Source of the DNA: the human T2T-CHM13v2.0 reference genome, Homo sapiens
Assembly: GCF_009914755.1 (NCBI RefSeq)
Contig: NC_060937.1
DNA: 64,000 nt
Strand: one strand, 5' to 3'
Made by a program: the position numbers and the translations under genes. Below are positions 58,276 through 64,000 of this stretch, in pieces. Position 1 is the first letter of the stretch. Each line of letters starts with the position of its first letter. The notes beneath the pieces were generated by a model. That model saw only the letters and a program-made list of their open reading frames with translations, had not been told where the DNA came from and did no database searches.

Positions 58276-59194
58276 TAAGAATTTTTGTTCAAATATTAAC
58301 AACCTCTCCTGTAGAAGACAAGAGGGTATGTGCTGGAATAATGTTAGCAGTGACTACTTCCTGACTGTTTCTTATTTCATCAGTTGCCTTTATTTTCAAG
58401 ACTTTCCGCTTATAACTAGATAGTATTTATTAAAATCCAAAGGAGGTCAAAAAGTCCTACTGACTCCACACTTGGTGCCTGTTCACAGCCTCCTCCTTCC
58501 TCCTCCTTCTTCCTCTCCAATCTGCCTCTCACACTGGTATCAAAATGACTTTGCTAAATGCAAGCTGGTTAAAATGCTTCATCGCTCCCACATCACATCA
58601 GCCATAGGAAAATCCTAAGTGCTCCACTGGGCACCCACAGCCCTTCATAGTCTGGGCTGTGACTGGCGGGACCTCCTCCCCTACCCTGTCACCCAGACAT
58701 GAGTGACTGCCATATCCTCGCCCACCCATCCCACACCATCCCCTCTGTGCTTTTGCACTGACTGTTGCATCTCCCTGGGGTGCCCCCCTCCCCGAGGAGA
58801 CCTCATGAATGTCTGCTCATCCCTCAAGTGTTAATTGAGATACTACAGGTTTATGATTCATATATTTTACAAACCTATTATTTTCTCCTGAAAAGTGTCA
58901 GCATACGTTTCCTGAAGTTTTTTACAATTCTTAACACAAAGCATGTGCATATATATATTACATTATCCATCTCTACACTATCTGCAAACAAGGCAAAACC
59001 TTTGCACTTTTTAGTGGAAGACAAAGGTGCCTTATGTGGCCGTGAAATGTGCAAAAGGCACTCTTGAAAATGTCAGTTTACTTTAAATTTTTAAAAGATA
59101 TATGCACTATTAGTAGTGAAAATAACATTATAAAAACCAAGTGCACAATAAATCCATATTTGCAAAATAGTTGGAAACATTTGGTGTATCTCTT

Positions 59195-59505
59195 TTTTAA
59201 TTTGTAGTAACATGCACATAACATAAAATTCACCATCTTAACCATTTTTAGTGTACAGTTCAGTAGTCTTAAGTACATTCATATTACTTCGTGGTCATTA
59301 CCACCATCCATCTCCAGAACTCTTTTTATCTCGCAAAACTGAAACCCTGTATCCATTTAACAAGTCCTCATTCTCTTCTCCCGGTCACCCCGGCACTCAC
59401 CATTCTACTTTCTGTCTCTGTGGATTTGACTAATCTGGGTGCCTCTCATATGAGCGAAATAATACAGTTTTTTCCTTTTGTGCCTAGTTTATCCGACTTA
59501 GCATA
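59195..59505 (-). mobile_element. L1MB-like 3' end
   Basis: acataacataaaattcaccatcttaaccatttttagtgtacagttcagtag...cattctactttctgtctctgtggatttgact. Confidence 0.8.
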
Positions 59506-60011
59506 CTTTCCTCACCCTTTGGTATATCTGTACATAATACCCTGAATATATAAAAATCACCCAGTTCCATACATAAATTTATTATTTTTTACAGAATCTT
59601 TGTGTCTATGTGTATTTTACCTTACCACTAGGCTACTGAATGTCATTTACACCTATAACTATTCATTCCAATAATATATTTGTATTTTATAACAAAACCA
59701 AATAATATTTTAAATGGTCTTAAAGTTCATGCTATCACTTAAAATCACATTTAGAATTTAAACTTGAAGTGAATGCAGGACAATTAATATATTTTAATAA
59801 ATTATGTATAATAGGGAATACAAGGTACAGTAGGAATCCCAGCTTTACACAGACAAGCCGGCTGACCATGGCCAAACTAACCTTTCCAGACTATTTTTTC
59901 TCATATTAAACATTACTGATAGTAATCCTTACCTCAGAGTATTCTAGGAAAGATTTAATAAGATATTATGTTAAAAGCATTTTGTAAACTGAAAAGTCAA
60001 ACACAGACAAT

Positions 60012-61190
<1,179 letters not shown>

Positions 61191-62191
61191 CTAAATAATA
61201 AAGGATTAGGAAAAGCAGCATTTTTTATATATTTAATGTCCAATTAAATATTCATCAAAAGCAAATAGGAGTTCAATTTATCTTACCCACAAAGTGAACA
61301 TTTGTAACATAAAAATAGATTGTGACTATAATTAAATTATAACAAGGTTTAATTTTGAAAATGGATAAAAAGATTAACATTAAAGAATTTTTATAGAGAA
61401 GAAAAACATTTTATTTTCCTAGGTTAGAAAAATCATTCAAATCTGTGGAAATAATCCCATTAAAGCCAATTTAAAATTATAAAATAATATAGATTGTAGA
61501 AATGCCAAAACACTTTTAAAGTAAATGTCAATTTAAAAAATATATAGATCTCAATTAAATAATTCATCTCATGTTATCCCATTAAATCTTCTCACTGTAT
61601 ATACGGCAGGCTCTTACTGAAAAAGAAACGGCACAAGAGTATTCTTTTGCTTTCTAAAAGGCGGTACTGAGGAAGGATTGAGCAACTTGAGTGTTAAAAC
61701 CAAGGCAATTGAAAAAAATAACAAAACTGCAAGGAAATGCTCGAGGAGTGTGGTGAGGATGGGAGGTGGGAACTAACATTCACTGAATGCTTTTGACTGC
61801 CAGGAACTGTGCTCGGTGCTGTCACAGAATTTGTTTCATTTAATTATGAAGTGATTGGCAATTTTATCCCCATTTTATAAAGGCAGAAACTCAGATCTAG
61901 ATAGTTCCATGTTGTAAGTCACAAAACTAAAAAGGTAGCCACTCATAATCGAATCCAGCTTTGACTCCAGAGCCCATGTACATCCAGTTTGCTGTCTCCA
62001 CCACCCAGCGGATCCTTGAGAGATTGATTCTTTGATTTACACTGAGATGCCTCTGACTGATTATATGATGGTCATATCTTCTTCTTCTGCAACTTCTTGC
62101 CATCAACTATGTTCCACTTTTTATTTCTGGTTCCAGCAGCATTACTATTCCTGGCCTGATTACAGTAAAAAGATTCTGGAATATCTTAGTT

Positions 62192-62537
<346 letters not shown>

Positions 62538-63615
62538 TTAGATTTACATTTCTTATGGCAAAATCATTTGCAAGGAAAGTATGAACGCTGACAAACTACC
62601 TTAAAGCAACCTTGCATTCACACATGATGTAATTCATTCTTTTTTAAAAAGTCAGCAAAAGTGTATTAAAGTGTTTATGTGCCAGATATAAAAGGCATGG
62701 TCGTTGACCTCAATGAGTTTACAGTCTATTGAGAAAAGAAACTTGCAAACAAGTTAGAAAAGTATATTTAACTGCTATGATAAAAGTACAACTTCTATTG
62801 GAGGCATAGGCAAATAAATATAAAATCTTCCCAGGGTAATCTGGGATGATACCCCAGAAAAGGGAGGAGTTGAATTCTGTGTAACACCATAAGGATGTGA
62901 TGTCAATTAAGTAAGTTATTATTTCCACGTCTGTTCATCTACTTATCTAAGGAAGATACACATATACTACTGTGTGGATGGAAACATTTGCACCTGTTGC
63001 AAGCACTTGCAAATACGAAAGTTTACCTAGTAAGTGTTTATAAATACTAAGCTCAGTTAGAAACCAAGAAAGGGTAATTCCCAGGTCCCAACAATAAAGA
63101 GGCAGCTCATGGTCAGAGTAGAGGAAGAGTTAAGCTAAGCTACTCATAGAGAAATCAGGATACATAGAGACTAGCTGCTGAGACATTAATGCTGATGTGG
63201 GAGTGAGATTCCAAGTGATTGTTCAGTGTGCATGAAACACCCTGGCTGAGAAACCTCCGAAATCCTGACCTCCCATGAATCAGGTATTTCACACAATATG
63301 CCCATCAGCCCAACGATGTCACAAGAAAGATTGCTATTTTAGGCCATGGGTTGAAAAATTACCCACAAGAAATCATGACCTGCAAGCCGTTGCCTGGCCG
63401 AGGTAGAAGCAAACGCATACTACTTCATGGTATAGGAACTCCGAGGTGGCAAATTAACAGTAAAAACTGCACCAAAGTCTGTGAAACTCATAGAACCATT
63501 TAAAAACAGAGAGAAATGACATTGAAGAAGTTATCCCATCACACATGACATAAAGACACTTAAGGAAAACAATACCTGCTAATGACTAGTTTACTAAAAA
63601 AAAAAAAAAAAAAGG

Positions 63616-63905
63616 GGCCGGGCGCGGTGGCTCACGCCTGTAATCCCAGCACTTTGGGAGGCCGAGGCGGGCAGATCACGAGGTCAGGAGATCAAGACCA
63701 TCCTGGCTAACACGGTGAAACCCCATCTCTACGAAAAATACAAAAGAATTAACCAGGTGTGGTGGCAGGCACCTGTAGTTCCAGCTACTCAGGAGGCTGA
63801 GGCAGGAGAATGGCATGAACCCAGGAGGCAGAGCTTGCAGTGAGCCGAGACCACGCCACTGCACTCCAGCCTGGACGACAGAGCAAGACTCCATCTCAAG
63901 AAAAA
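63616..63905 (+). mobile_element. AluY
   Basis: Full dimer preceded by a long A-run. Confidence 0.9.
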
Positions 63906-64000
63906 GGAATTGAACTACCATGGAGAAGAATTAGAATTAGCAGCTGCTACAAATAATCTCCTGGAACTGTTATGTCATAGAGCAAAGCAAAGAGATTTTT

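Overview
This is primate (almost certainly human) genomic DNA from the middle of SGCG (gamma-sarcoglycan, + strand). It holds three coding exons with canonical AG/GT borders: exon 4 (13402-13489), exon 5 (42130-42249) and exon 6 (58202-58274). The introns carry two sense-oriented processed pseudogenes (TATDN2-derived at about 7.6-10.3 kb, SDAD1-derived at about 30-32 kb). They also carry a nested stack at 16.4-29.7 kb (MSTB provirus > L1PB > L1PA and Alus), a 3'-deleted L1PA7-like element that keeps its 5'UTR and an ORF0-like frame, about 30 Alus, a MER9 solo LTR inside an Alu, and several DNA-transposon relics. I found no convincing new multi-gene system. The best leads are: (i) two L1s of apparently different subfamilies, 23 kb apart on either side of exon 5, share a short tract with the same 10-bp deletion (probable non-allelic gene conversion); (ii) an L1 carries a templated insertion of its own 3' end plus a second distant piece of itself; (iii) the TATDN2 copy has in-frame duplications and few disablements, as expected of a once-coding retrogene; (iv) an L1 ORF0-like frame could splice in frame to exon 6. 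Repeat subfamily names and parent-protein comparisons are from memory of consensus sequences, not database searches, and repeat boundaries are approximate.
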